Shown piece after piece: positions 1 to 14,191 of a DNA stretch of 64,000 nucleotides. A program made the position numbers and the translations under genes. This DNA comes from Epiperipatus broadwayi. Lineage: Eukaryota; Animalia; Onychophora. Positions within the stretch are counted from its first letter, which is position 1. Each line of letters opens with the position of its first letter. Location: contig JAQFVV010000009.1 of the NCBI GenBank assembly GCA_028023455.1, forward strand, positions 14,632,001 to 14,696,000. Direction: 5' to 3'. The notes below the pieces were generated by a model. That model was given only the letters and a program-made list of their open reading frames with translations. It was not told the DNA's origin and did no database searches.

Positions 1-8
1 TGTTTAGC

Positions 9-129
9 ATAGTATGCTTAGCATGCTTTCAACTAGCTTGTAGTCATTATCGTAGCAGAAAAACTTAAAGTGAATTATATAATTTATTGAACTGAAGATT
101 TATAATTGAAAGCATGCTAAGCATACTAT
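9..129. repeat. 24-bp perfect inverted repeat with hammerhead-like relic
   Basis: ATAGTATGCTTAGCATGCTTTCAA (9-32) is the exact reverse complement of 106-129. The + strand reads CTGAAGA..GAAA-GCATGC-TA at 92-119. Confidence 0.8.
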
Positions 130-562
130 CATAAATGAATTAAGCATATTATGGTAAAAGAATAAATAAGCTTTTCTTAGTATACACATCAAAAGAGTTA
201 GTTTTGAATTACAATTGCTATAAGAAAAGCTAGAAAATTGTACTGAAATTACAAAAACTAATTATCTGCAACATGACATTTCATATGTATGTGTAGGACA
301 TAAATTTATTTTGCTACATTTATTGAAAAGCAAATTTATTTCACTTAGTTATCAAAAACACCTAACAAAAGCTGCTGAAATTGCTCCATTCAATAGAGAA
401 TGAATAAGCAATGCATTTTCTTTCTTTTTTTTGTTAATTTTCCTTTTTCTTTTTTTTCATATAAATATTTCATCACCATAATTAATCTATGTTTCAACAC
501 TACTACTAACTTGTTTTAACATACATGTACACACACAATGCATAATGATATACTGAAATAAA

Positions 563-770
563 TATACAAATATTAAATTACTCCACATGGTTAAGAAATC
601 CAGTATCGCCCTCTGTGAACTAATATATAAATACATTAAAGTTTGTATTTCAAAATAGCCATCATTTTGAGATGATTATTTTGAAATACAAACTCTAATG
701 TATTTATATATTAGTTCACAGAGGCGATACTGGATTTCTTAACTATGTGGGGTAATTTAATATTTATATA
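563..770. repeat. ~100-bp-arm fold-back (near-perfect hairpin)
   Basis: 563-663 is the reverse complement of 671-770, with about 7 differences and a 7-nt loop. Confidence 0.9.
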
Positions 771-807
771 CAGCACTACTGTGCATGGTTCACGGTATTA
801 ATATCCA

Positions 808-1083
808 TGACCTCATTGAAAAAATTAAAAGATTGAGTGGAGTTGAGCTGGACATATTGCTAGAAGAGATGATAATAGATGGACAATTGAAATCTTAAAC
901 TGGATTCCAAGAGATTGTAAAAGACCCAGAAAGAGACCACATGTTAGATGGATGGATGAAATAAGAAAGTGTGCAGGGGTGATGTGGAGAAGAGAAGCTA
1001 AAGATCAGAGAAGATGGATTGAACTTGGAGAGACCTTCATCTTACAGTGGATTGATACTGGTTGATGATGATGATGATGATGA
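808..1083 (+). mobile_element. 5'-truncated RTE LINE, 3' end with (GAT)n tail
   Basis: Aligns to 54047-54320. Encodes GHIARRDDNRWTIEILNWIPRDCKRPRKRPHVRWMDEIRKCAG and ends in (GAT)n. Confidence 0.92.
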
Positions 1084-3500
1084 CTAGCATACAAAAATGA
1101 TGTAACTTTTGCCTGAAGTCCACGAATTTATAGGCTAATTTAGTCAACAATAATTATTTAAAATAAATTTCTATTTATCATGAATGTGAACATTACCAAC
1201 ATGAAATTGACCCAAATTAATATTTTAAGTGCTCATTTTTAATAATCTTGTGATAGATTAAACTCATATTATGTAATATATATGGAATAGTGGCCTATTT
1301 AAGCACAATAAATAATTAATGTGCAAAGATTCACAGCATTATCACCTAATTCCAAGCAAACAAAAAATGAATTTACTTTTTTCTGGAAGCCAAGAATTGG
1401 GAAAGTAATTTAGAAAATAAATATAAGAAGGAAATTTTATTCATTGTTGTTACAAACAATATTAGCTTGAAATAGGCCCAAATTAGTATTCCTATGGCAG
1501 AATCTCTATAAATTTATTATTTTGTGAAAAACTAATTCATCATTAACATTTGTGAATTTTATACTTATTATACAGGATGAAATATTATGCAATATATTTG
1601 TAGTGATGACTTTGCATGCAATTTATATACAGTACTTTGAAAGGTTATATTTATTGTATATGTGTGTCACAAAGTTCTTTAAAATAAGTACTCAGAGACT
1701 CTACCATGAGGATATGAATTTTCATTTTTATAGTTTTATATTCCTTGACATGGATTCATTTATATTTTTTTTTTCTGACACTGATAATTTACCATGTGTC
1801 TTTAATTTTTTTCCATTTTGTGGCACTCCATATGCATTTTTGGGGATTTGATCTTGTTTTAAATTGAACCAACCATTTACTTACTTTTATTATCTTCTGT
1901 TCCATAATTTATTCAGTCTTGCAATGATGAGAATATCATCTATGTAAAAATTGTTTTTTAATTTTTTTTATTTTTTGCTTGGGATACACTTTTTTATAGT
2001 TATTTTAAAAGGTATATAGTTACATTCAAATAATGTGATGTATGTAGTCAATGTTAATAGTATTATGATTTATTTCCAGAAGAATCTCATAAAATGTTTT
2101 CAAATTTAATTTTGTAAAATGGACAATTGCTAAAATATTTGGGATGGAATAAGCAGTTTTATTCGGGATTCTTATTTCTAAGCCGATAAACATAACCTGA
2201 GAGTGGCAATACGTATAGAGAGTACTGCTTGTTTGATTCTTATTTCTATTATGCAGTATTCACATGGATAAGTTGTTTCCATCTGTCTTAGTAATTAATA
2301 AAATAGAAGATCATTTGGATTTGTCTACCAACATTAATGTTTTATTTTTGACTATATTTGTATGATTTTTTTTTACTTTTGTACTTAATACAAAAAATCC
2401 TTTTTTTAAATTTTGTCACTAATTTATATGTGATGAGGTAATAATGATTATTCCTAATTCAGATTTAAACAGAGACGAAATAACCTTTTTTTAAAATATA
2501 TATATAAAGGTTATTTCGTCTTTTTTTTCCAAAGTAGTTTTTTTAATTAAACATTTCTCCTACAGATTTCAATTGTGATATGCCTAATATTGGTGCAGTC
2601 AAGAATAAAAGATAAAAATAGCAAGAAGTAAACATGCTACCATCTAACTGACAGTCATTTGAAGAGTAATAAATGAGTAAAGTTATTTTTTACATATTAA
2701 CGAATAAATAATATAAAGGCACACTTCTAAAACAAAATTGGCAAAAATAGGAATAAGCAATGTAAATGAATGGCTATTGCATAAAAGGAAAGTGGAATTT
2801 TTTTTTAGTAGTAAAAAAAGAGAAACAAATGCAGAGCATAACAAGAACAAGTTTACATAAATATAAGCAATTGTTCTACCTAAATTTATTGACTTACGTA
2901 CTTTTTAGATAGAATTAGTTTTACTTACAAATTTATATACATTAACAAATATTATAATGTTGTTAGTCATACTAAAATAATAATTAAAATCTGTATGACC
3001 TGTATAAATTACATGGCTGACTTCTCTTGAATAACAAAAGAATTGTGTTTATGATGCTTTATTCAGGGTTTTCCGAAGTTTTCTTCCATAATTTAATTTT
3101 TTGTAATTTTTTTCTCTCACCGTTCTATTTATACTATTTTAGATTTATTGTTTTTGAAGTAAATAATTACTTCTTTTTATTTCTTTGATTATAATATTCC
3201 ATTAGCTATTGTCCCCCCTATTCTTTTTTACTGAAAAAAAAAACCAATCTAACTTTTTGAATTATTTTCAAAATAATTTAATTATGAATTTATTTAATAA
3301 CGTTATTGTCCTGTATAATTTAGTTGCAGGCTCTGGAGTTCAAAGTTCATGGATTGAGACTACAACTTTGTCACTTCTAATGTTTAAACTTATTAATTCC
3401 TGAGCAACAAATCCCACTTGATTATTTTATTTTACCACATTATTATCCTAATGGTATAGGAAATAAATCTACTTATATATATACATTTCAACTATACTTC

Positions 3501-4455
3501 AAAATATTACTTCAAATATAAGATGCATTTCCCCCACTGCCCAAACAATGGTCCCTTAAAAGAAGAGTGCATTTTAAATTCAAAATGAAAATTTGTAACA
3601 TTTTATTTCTGTGGATCTTTCCTTTACACTATACATGCACATAGTATTACAATAATTGGCTGTGTAGAATAGCATATTATATCTTTTTTATTTAATATTT
3701 TTTGGATTTACTTTTTAAATACCTTCAACTCTCTTTCAAGCCACTATTTTTAATGTTATTTTACAATTTCACCATTATTTTATTGAGAAAACTCTATCAA
3801 ATAAACTTTAATTTTTTTTACAAGTAACAAATCAGTATAACAATGAGATGAGTTTGTTTTCCAAAGTACTGATTGGTTGTTTGTTGTTCTCTACACAAAA
3901 GTGCCTGTCAAAAGTTTGACAGTTCCTATAGCTTTCTTTTGATTTCTAAAATGAAAAATGTATGTTGTAAAATCTTTTAATGTTATTTTGCTGATTTTGA
4001 CAATTCCAATATTTGCATTTTGATTTTTAGTGTGAAAATGTGTGTTTTAGAATCTTTTGTACACATTTTTTTTTCAGAAAACATCTGTAAAAATATAAAT
4101 TATTTTAGAAGAATGTTTCAGATTTCAGTAGAAAAATGTAGTTTTATATGAAAGCAAATTGAAAAAGAAATTATAATGTTTGACTGCAATTTAAATGACC
4201 TAAAGATGATGTATCCTGATATAATAGTGAAGATGAGAATTGAAGTTTTGAAAGTGAAGATGTAGAAAGTGAAAATACCATATATGAAAAAGATTGTCAA
4301 TAAATTATATGAGTTTATTGTATTTATATTAGTTTCTTATTTACGCACACATTTGCATCTTAAATTCAGGGATTAATTTTTTTCCAATTTTTGGGGGTTT
4401 ATAATCCTACAGTATCTTAAATTCAATAGCAGCTTATATTCAAAGTAATATGGTA
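3501..4455 (+). mobile_element. decayed pogo-type (Tc1/mariner) non-autonomous element
   Basis: Imperfect TIRs AAAATATTACTTCAAATATAAGATGC (3501-3526) and GCAGCTTATATTCAAAGTAATATGGTA (4429-4455), the latter a CpG-decayed GCGGCTTATATTCG...TACGGTA. Subterminal TGCATCTTAAATTC repeats. Acidic tail remnant at ~4200-4290. Confidence 0.6.
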
Positions 4456-5689
4456 TTTTATGTTTTTGTTTAAAACCTATTGTAATTGAAAGGTTTTTTT
4501 ATTTATCTTGCAAAAATTGATATTGGACTTTTTAAAAAAAAACTTGCACTTTAGATGTTCAATTTACATAGTAAAAAAAAAATTATTTACTGGAATAAAA
4601 CTTAAAAATAACAAACAGATCAGATAATTTTTGGAATTGGTAATTATTAGTATATATTATGGATAAAATAACAGTAACATTAATATGGTTCTGACTAATG
4701 ATATCAATTAGGATATGTATATGTAGTTAGTTTGTAGAACTAGTGATCTATTTCTGGGCAGGATATATATCCTTTCATCACATAATTTCTATAGTAAGAA
4801 TTAAATGATAACTGGGGTGATAATGCAACTTTAATGATATGAATAAAACCAGTAACGATTGAAAGTGATCTACAATTGTAAATGTCTAATTAAAGAGTTA
4901 TCATTAAATAACAATCAACAATCAGGGAATTCTTAGCACTTCCATATTTAGCCAACAATCACTGTTTTAGTTGATGATTTTAATGTCGCTTGAGAATGAG
5001 GATTATTTTGTTTTTTTTCTGTCATGATTGCAAATATCTATTTTATAAAAAGCTCATTCAGACACTCATTTATCCTGCCTTCATGAAATCTCAATTGATA
5101 TTTCAGTTAAAATTATCTGGCCACTGAGAAGGCCATGATGTATCTTGATCTTAAGCTCAGGGGTAAAACATCAATAAACTCACTATGCTGTCTGTTGTAT
5201 TTAGATAAGAAGCTATTCATGTTCATTTATTATATGAATAATCATACAATAATAACAATTGAAATGATAAAAGCATGCAAAATAGGCATTAGGTATTGCT
5301 CTGCTTAGTTTTTTTTTAAGATTCTAATGAGGAATCAAAAAATCTCCTTTCAGTTAATGGCAAATTTCTTTCTTTAGCCTCTGTTTTAATATAATTATTA
5401 AAAGCTTATTGCTAATTTGATAGCTTTATAATATTACATTTTCAAATATTAGATATATATATATATTAGATATATATTATTAGATATAACTTACATCACT
5501 TAATGAGATGTCATATGCATTGCAGTTTATTGGTATTGAAGAGTGTCAGATTTTAAAGTTAAATGACTAAATTGTAATCAAGATGTCTTTTCCAGTTTTC
5601 ACATATTAAATAATTTTCATGACAACTAGACATTCATTTATTTATTCTTAGATGTCATTAAGTCAATATAAGAAAAGACATATGACTTT

Positions 5690-5803
5690 ATTGCTTAAGA
5701 GTTCATAAGAAGTTTGAGTGTCAGACTTATGAGTGCCACAATCAATCCTGGGACCTCCCAATCCCAAGTGTGGCACTCAAACCTCTTATGAACTCCTGAG
5801 CAA
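5690..5803. repeat. 38-bp-arm hairpin built on a tRNA-like (SINE head) segment
   Basis: TTGCTTAAGAGTTCATAAGAAGTTTGAGTGTCAGACTT versus the reverse complement of the right arm shows 5 mismatches. The - strand loop GGGAGGTCCCAGGATTGATT resembles a tRNA T-arm. A related end lies at ~3388-3406. Confidence 0.6.
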
Positions 5804-7019
5804 TGAGCAATAATACTATGTGAAGTCAATATCAGTATCCGATGGTCATATGGTTAGCAGTTTTTTTTGGGAGTGATCTATCATCTGTCTAATTTTTTAA
5901 GGGTCCTCAATAGCACAATTATTGTGATATATGAAAGTATATTCATTTTATTATTGATACACCTTTTTGAATTTTTGTCAATCAACTTTTTCATACATGG
6001 TACACTTTTATTAAATTAGATTATCTCACAATATGATCAAAAATGACAATGTTAATCTGGTCATTGTGAGTTTTTACAAAAGATGAAATCTAATCTTGCT
6101 ATTCTTAATATATTTTCAAAAATCTTGATCACAAAAATACATCAATACTTTTTTCTATACACCATCTTTAGTATTCAAATATTACATTAATAAAAAGAGA
6201 AATTCTGGTATTCATTTGTAAAACTGTATCTACATTTGAAGTTTTTTTACCCAGGGTAGTCTATGATAAACCATTTGATTTCTGGATGCATCAGCAACAT
6301 CTTCCAAAGTCATAAAAATTGTTATGATTTTTATATTTCAACATCCATTTTAAAAACCACTGCTTCAAATATTAGAACTTATTATAATGTAACACTGATA
6401 TTAAAAAAAAGATAATTTGTAAATCAATACCTCAATATTTTAGGTGCATAACATTTCAGAAATGAATTTTTCATCAGTGCAATATATATTTAGTGCACTA
6501 ACAGACACATAACAAATCAGAATATTATAGGGTTTTTTTTAATTCTCTACCTAAAAATAGCTAAATATCTGTTTATTTAATTGATACTTGTTAAACTATA
6601 TATATATATTAGCTAGCCAATAAATTCTGAGCTTGCCTCTAAAATCTTTATCTATCTGAAAAAGTCCCCTAATTCTATTTCAGGTTTGAACCCCAAAATA
6701 GTTTTAATATTCTGATACATTGATCACTACATTAAAAGGGCTGGAAAGCAAGGACAAACTGCCACAAGTGCTGACTTATGTAACCATAAGCTCTCCATCT
6801 GTAGAAATGTAATACTTTCTCACCAGTAATGACGATGGTTTTATCATATTAATCTGTACTTTTGTTTTAATTGTCACTGCCTTGACATTCATCTGAGCAG
6901 CTCAAATTAACTTTGAATCTTTACTCTATTATTAATAGCAGCTAGATACCTATTTATTGATAAAAACTGAAATGTTAACTGGGTATGATTATGAACTGTG
7001 ACCTGAAAGAAAAACCTTA

Positions 7020-8340
7020 AGCCTACTTACGATCTGAGAAAATTTCTAAGGTTCGCTTGGTCTGTACTCAACCTTGGAACGTGGGAATATGTATATGCGC
7101 TTCTAGTTTGCCAAGAAGACTTTGCATATATTGTCGTTTAACCATGATATTTTATTGCCTAAACAGTAAATCTATCTCTGGGCAGAAATCTTAATACACA
7201 TTTTAATTATCCAGAAATATTTCTCACTGATGTATTTTCTTTATTCGTGTTTTATTCAATAAATCATTGTTTTAATATAAAGTGTTTATTTTTTCTATAT
7301 TTATTTTTTGTATATAATACAGCGTATTATCTTTAAAAAAAAAAAAAAAAAGTTTTATTTACTAATACTGTACCTTCTTTCTATTCATTTCTTCTTACGT
7401 TCAAATGAGGAAGTCTGCGGATTGGTAACTGTAAATGATTTAACAAAACAATTTATTTTGAAGCTTTTTCTATTGCTCTTTGTGTTAAACTTTTTTAAAA
7501 ATTATAATAATTATCAATATTTCTACTTCTTTCTATGATTGTTATCTATTGTTATAATAAATAACTTCACTCTGAAGTTGTCAAAGCAAGCAGCACTTAG
7601 CCATCCATCATGCAATTTACAGAAAAATATGATCAATAATTCAGTAAAATAAGTCAAAGTGGAAGAAAAAAATGAGTGAATTATACGCGAAAGAGGCTGA
7701 AAACAGGAAGCTATCATAAAGAGGCTAACACGATCGTGATGCTTTTACCTTATTAACGAAATACCTCTGCTAAAACTACAAAGTTGTTTTTAAAACATAC
7801 ATTTGACTTTTTTTTTTTTTTTCAAATATGAAATTTCATTTAAAAAAAAAACTGTGAAAAATTTATCAGGAAATTGTATTTTGGTTTAATACTACTTATA
7901 ATATTATTAAATTTATTTTTAAATTGTATTTATATTTGTGCGGTAATAAGTTGGTACATCACTGAAATTATTATAATTTTCAGATACAAATTTTGGGACT
8001 GAAGTTGAAATTTGTATTTTTTAAGGCTAATTTAACGTTCAATTTATATGAATACTTTCATGCATTATCATAATATAAAGAACTTATTAAAGTTTACGAT
8101 TTAATAATTAAATATATTAAGAGGGGGGGGGTAATAAAAAAACTTTACATCTTAAATCCACCCATCCATTACTATGCTAAATAACATAAAGCTATTGAAA
8201 AATGACTGTTGTGGCAAGTATTTATCAAAAACCACACCCCTAATAAAGTGAATCGGTGTAGTTCTATTTTCTTGTTTAAAATGCTTCTGTTTTGAACACA
8301 GGTTTCAACTTCAAAACATTTCTAGGATGCAAAAACGAAG
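7020..8340. promoter_or_regulatory. CpG-retaining patch, candidate promoter/5' exons
   Basis: About 19 CpGs counted by eye in 1.3 kb, versus almost none in 8400-10400. Minus-strand donors at ~7030 (GATC|GTAAGT) and ~7399 (AAC|GTAAGA), and a poly-T AG acceptor near 7332. Confidence 0.45.
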
Positions 8341-10269
8341 CTGGAGTACTTCTCATCATTGTTTTCTGTTGTTACTTATGTATAAACTTTTCAAACAAGA
8401 TTTTTTAAAAAATGCACTGATTAATTCTTTTTTCTTAATTAAGTAGTACAGAATCAGTCTGTAGTTAGTTATAATTTTATTTAAATATAATTATAATAAT
8501 GTTATTTTTTATTGTTGTTTTATTATAAATACAGATTATTTTATTACTTGTTCAAGTGTTGTTTAATTGTATGCTATATGTGTATAATAATATTAAAATT
8601 TTCTTGCATAATTTAACCTCTTGATCTTCAAATGTGAGAAATTAAGGCTGGGTTGGAAAAAAATATCCATAGAATAAATAGAACATTAGTATTCATATAG
8701 ATTATTAACTTATAAAAAAAATTAAATTTTTTATTGTAGCAACCTTTTTTTTGACTTGAAGAATAGTATTTTTTAAAGTACAATGCAATGAATTATCTCA
8801 TGGTATATTGGCTAATGAATTGGTTTGACATAGAAATAAGATCAATTTAAATCTGCAACAAATTAAAAAATATCAAATAGCTCAACATTTCTAAAGAAAC
8901 TTAATTAAGTAGTTTACTTATGCCCAACTGCTAGTTTAACTTTCCAATATCTGTTAGCAAGTGTAATCTAGCTATATTTATCTGAAAGTCTTACAATCTT
9001 CTCTGAAAGTAAAGTAGACTCTTGTAATAAATGCAAGTTTTAGAGATATAAAAAGATTGTTCTTAATCCATCTTTATACATCAAAAATAATAGGTTAATA
9101 AATATTTCTAAAAATAAAATTACTTTTGATATTATCTTTAAAAAAAATCAATGTGGCTTAACAAAAAATATTTGTGTTCTTCTTTTTTTTTTAAAGTAAA
9201 CTTTAACAAAACCATTTTATATTAAAGAATTGATATATAAATAAAATGTTTTTAATCTATATTCATCCTATGGGATGGATGTGTGAACAACAACCCTGCA
9301 TTGCATACCTTACATTAGCATGTACTATTATATGAAGAAAATTTTCTACAAATAGAAACTAGACATCATCTTGATGAATTACTGATTAAAGATAGCAACT
9401 TATAAAAATAGATAATAAAACTAATAACATTAATTCCAATAGTATTATAAGAAATTACTGTATTGGGATTATACTAAGCTCTTAAAATTAAAAACAATTG
9501 CATTGACAAAAACCACAGAACATCTCAAGATTAATGTATGTTTATTACAAGGTGAATTTCACATAAAAAACATAAAATTATTTTAACTTATATTAAAATC
9601 AAGAAAGGAAAATTCTCTACAAAATTTAGCTTCCAGAGACTCAATAGACTTTTAATATTGTGTATTTTTTTTAAATTTCTGATTTATACTAATTCCTGAT
9701 TGAATAAATTTTAAACATGATATGTCTCCCTTTGTTTCAATCTATTTTATAGAGCAAATAATTTATACTGAATATAGTTCAAATGATATTGTTATCATCA
9801 TTTGGAATAAATAAATTTTTATGTATGCAATATTTACAAACATACTAATATATACTGATTCACCTTATTTTTCAGATATTCCTATACTTTCTATATATAG
9901 GAGATTTTAATTCTTAAAGTAGTCTTTGTGGATATGCAAATAAAGATCAAGCAGATAGGCAACTTTTCAAAGGAATAGATTTAAATAACATGCACTTAAT
10001 TTATATTGTCAAGCAAGAAGATGGCAAACAAAGATAAATTATGATTTATGTTTTGTTTCAATAAAAAAAAGATCATTTATTACTTATTGATCAACTGATA
10101 TTAAAATATTTCCTCTGTAACAACATAAATCAACATTAATTATTCTTGAAATTCACATTCCTATAATTAAATGTTATCCTGATCTAAAATAATGTTTAAG
10201 GAAAACTGATTAGAGTCAAATACTGAATATTTATGAATAAAATATTAATATAATCTTTCCCACTCTGTC

Positions 10270-12150
10270 TTGCTATAGATTTAACAAATCAACAGCTGCC
10301 AAAATATCCATCTCTTGGGAATAATGGAAACAGTCCATATCAGGTTATAACAAAATCAGCAATAATCTTTATGGGTAATATTTGTCTATCAAGGATCTTT
10401 AAATTGCTGAAAAACTTAACGAATTATTGAATGATGCTAGAAAAAAATTAGAAAGAATGGTTATAAAACAATATTTTACAAGATCTAGCCATAGCATGTA
10501 CTTACCTTTACATATGTTTTATAGATAAAAGCATTCCATAGCAATAACTACTATCATTCTTAATGAGTTTATCTGTCTTATTTATCAGATTTATAAACCT
10601 AATACTGATAAGGTGAGATTTCAATCCTCTCGTTCACAATGCTTCTCTAAAACTAAACTAATAAAATCAATAGATGTTGGTGAACTTAAACTTGGCTTTA
10701 ACTACCTTAAAGCAGTAAAGTTACTAGGAATAATGTTTTTAAAACAAAATTAGAACAAATAAATCTAACAATGGTCAAAAAATTACTCCCATATTTCATC
10801 TTTATGAGTTCTCTACAAACTTCTTGAAAAATTATAATAATGTAACATCACTATAAAGCACAGGTTGGTTTTAGGCCAGGAATATGCCGCTGCAAACAAA
10901 TTTTATCTTCAACAAATTACACTGAAAAAGGCGTTCAAAATAATTTAGATATTGGTATGACCTTTATTGATCTAATCTCAAGTTATGATTTTGTTTGAAA
11001 AAATAATCTTCTAAACATTTTTAAAAATTCTTAGATGTAGAAAAATCTTTAATTTACTTTAAATGTCTTTTAATAAAAAATTCAAGTGATACCAAATTAT
11101 AGTTATAGTAGATACAAGATTTACAGAAAGATATGCCATATGGTTTAGTTCTCTTATCTATTTTATTTAATACATTCATCAATGATCTTTCAAATACAGA
11201 ATTCAGGAAATTTGTTTATGATAATGACATTACTTTAACTTTACAAAAAATATTCTTCACAGAAATAGAAAAATCGCACTCAATACAATAAGTTTGAAAA
11301 TATATTTTAAAAAATTAGGATTTTATTCCTATAATCAAAAGTACTATATTAAAAGTTTTATCTAAACATCAGAAAAACTTCTCTTAATCTAAATATAACC
11401 ATTTGCAACAGTATATTGAAACACAATTCTACACCACATTATTTAAGAGTAATCTTGGATTACAACTTACTTTTCCAATTTATCTAAAGTTGGATCTAAA
11501 ATAATTTTCAAAGATAGAAAACTAGCTGGCACTTTTTGGGTTGGATGAAAATACTTTATAGTCAACTTTTTTATTACTAACATATTTTATTGGTGAATAC
11601 TATGCTCCTGTTTCAAGAAAAAGTATCCATACTGAACATTTAGATATCCAAATATTACCAGAAGAAATATTACAGGAACATTCAAGCCTATTCCTTTGCA
11701 ATGATTCCTGTTTTTGATATATTTTTCCACCAATAGAAAAATAAATATTGCCTTAGAAAAAATTAATAAAATTTGTTGAGTAAATCAGAATTTCCAATAA
11801 TTTAAGAAATAATTTTAGCTCTAAATCTCACCTTAAATCAGGTTGCCTATACTGAATTTTCAATTAAAAATTGACAACCAAACAATTATGGCATAACAAT
11901 GGACTTCTTACAAGATCCCAAACAAATTTCTTTTTCTAGATTAACAACATATACAGCTAGATTTGATCTTCCTAGAGAATATTTAAACCGCAACAAAAAC
12001 TTCAACAATTCATGGCCATTGTATTTATCTGTTTCATAAATGGAATTTAACAGCCATTGACTTATATAAATGTTGATAAACACAAATCATAAACCATATT
12101 ATTAATGATAATTAAATCTAGCTACAGAAGTAAAATTAAAGGACTTTAAA
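10270..12150 (+). mobile_element. decayed LINE RT region, Ingi/Vingi-like (I group)
   Basis: Frameshifted motifs in the correct order: QVGFRPG (10861), FIDLISSYD, PYGLVL, VYDND, KLAGTF, EYYAPV, HGHCIYLFHKWNLTAIDLYKC (12011). Clade assignment is from recalled motifs. Confidence 0.75.
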
Positions 12151-12354
12151 ATGTCAATAGTGAAAAGTTCCTTTATATTATTTTAATTGTTAAGTTGAGC
12201 AAAATATATATATGCTAAATAAGTAAATAAAAATAAATTATATTATGTGTGTTAAAAATAACTTAGTATAATTCAAAATTATTCTTTTTTATTTATTATT
12301 GGAGAATGTAACAATTAAATGTTATTACATTTAGCAGTTTTTTTTTTTCAAGTG

Positions 12355-12422
12355 AAAAGAATATATATATATTGTGTTATTTCAATATATAAAAGAATAT
12401 ATATATATTGTGTTATTTCAAT
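12355..12422. repeat. local tandem duplication (36-bp period)
   Basis: AAAAGAATATATATATATTGTGTTATTTCAAT occurs twice. Confidence 0.9.
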
Positions 12423-13599
12423 CCTATATCTTGCAATTTCACTTGATAATAATTGCAATTTTATGTTGTTTTATGTTATAAAAATAGTAGTTTAACATAT
12501 GAATGTGAATGCACACAAATTTCAAACTAAAAAATGTATATTTTAAAAAATCTTTTTTGTGTGTGTAAAAAGTAGTATAAACTTATTTAAATTTTTTTAT
12601 TTGAGAATGATTAAAACTGTATTATTTTTTCATTATTGCTCTTTTTTTACTTAACTGTACAAACAAACAGAAAGAATGAAAAGAAGTTATTTTTCTTTTG
12701 GAAAAAAAAACATGAAAAAATATTTTTTTAATTTAATTTTTGACTTTAAAAGATAAATGAATTAAATTTTATTTTGTTTTTTTGATGATGTCAACTTCAA
12801 AACATGTTTTTACTTTCATTAATTAAAAAATCTTATGTTAAGTAATTAGTTGTCAAATTTTCTAAGTGCAGGTAATTAAAAAATAATGTCATATTATGGT
12901 TTTAACAATAAGTCCATAATGATTTTTTTAATTAATTGCTTTAAGAAAGTTATCAAATCTTTTAGCAGCTCAGATCTTGTACTAAGGTAGTAGTGTATAT
13001 GTTGCAGCCTCTCAGGCTTAGACCAACATATATAAATGCAGATGACATACTAAAATGTTTTGAATCATATTTTAATTCTCCTGAAAAATGATTGAAAAAG
13101 CTATCAAAATAAAGTTTGATTTGAAAGTACATATATCATATTAAAAATTAGCCCTAATACTATCTTTATATAGAGAATTAATCAAGATAAAATAAAGATT
13201 AAATCAACAAGAGAGAAACTATTTTTCATTAAAAATATTATACTAAAGAAAATCTTTTAATAAATATTTTTAATATTTTTTTTCTTTTAATAATTTTAAA
13301 TAGTAAATCAAATATATTTATTAATTCTGTTGTACATAGATAATTATTATTTTTAAAGTAATATTTTTAAAATTTTGATACTTTGTGAATCATTGTATGT
13401 TTTGCAGACTTGTCTTTTAATTAAATACTATGTTTGTGTTACTATAAAGTGCAGTCTTTACACTTTATTTGTAATTTAATATTTTTTCCATGCATTTGTG
13501 CTTTATGATCAACATTTTGGAAAAGATTTTGATAAAACTTTTATTGAGGTCAATGTGAAAGACTCAAATATTAAGTTTGTACTCAAGTCTCAGATTAAA

Positions 13600-14145
13600 C
13601 AATTATACATAAAAAAATAAGTTATGAATCTGTTTGTCATGTGCAATGTTTGATTAATGAATAGATAAAGCATAGAAAATATTTAAGCCATGATTTTAAA
13701 CAACTGAAAGAAGATAAAGATTTATGTTTTGGTGCAATTTTTAGGACCTTATCAAGGATACAGCATATTGTCAGAAGTCAAGCCTGCATAGGAAAACGAA
13801 CAAATTAAAAATGCAAAACTGACTGCTATAGATAATTTTGCATTGTAAAGAAATAGAGACTCTTAATTTAATTTTGCCAACTGAGATTCAAATTCTGTAA
13901 AAAAGATAGAATTTTTTATTTGCAACAGCAAGTCTAGTGCATTGCCAAATTTATTTATTACTCTTCAAATTTTTTTAACAATACTAGTGACTGTAACATC
14001 AAGAGAAAGAAATTTTTCAAAGTTTAAACTGATCAAAATTTATTTGAAGTTTAACAATTTTGAATCAGAAATTAGTGGTCGTTAAACTTGGAGAAATTTC
14101 TAAAATATTTTGCAGAAAAAAAAAAGCAAGAAAGTTAACTTTTTC
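13600..14145 (+). mobile_element. hAT transposase relic (C-terminal dimerisation domain)
   Basis: LPNLFITLQIFLTILVTVTSRERNFSKFKLIKIYL from 13942 matches the hAT motif FPNL..LRIFLTIPVTVASGERSFSKLKLIK. An FAEKK..ARK-like C-terminus follows at ~14110. Confidence 0.8.
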
Positions 14146-14191
14146 GTAATAATGATAATAATAATGTGACTGATTTATAATTTATTAATGT

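Noticed and set aside
1690-3130. Minus-strand RT relic (YIDDILII near 1930)
   Set aside because: A single motif; the GVPQ-like neighbour is in the wrong order, so it cannot be assigned.
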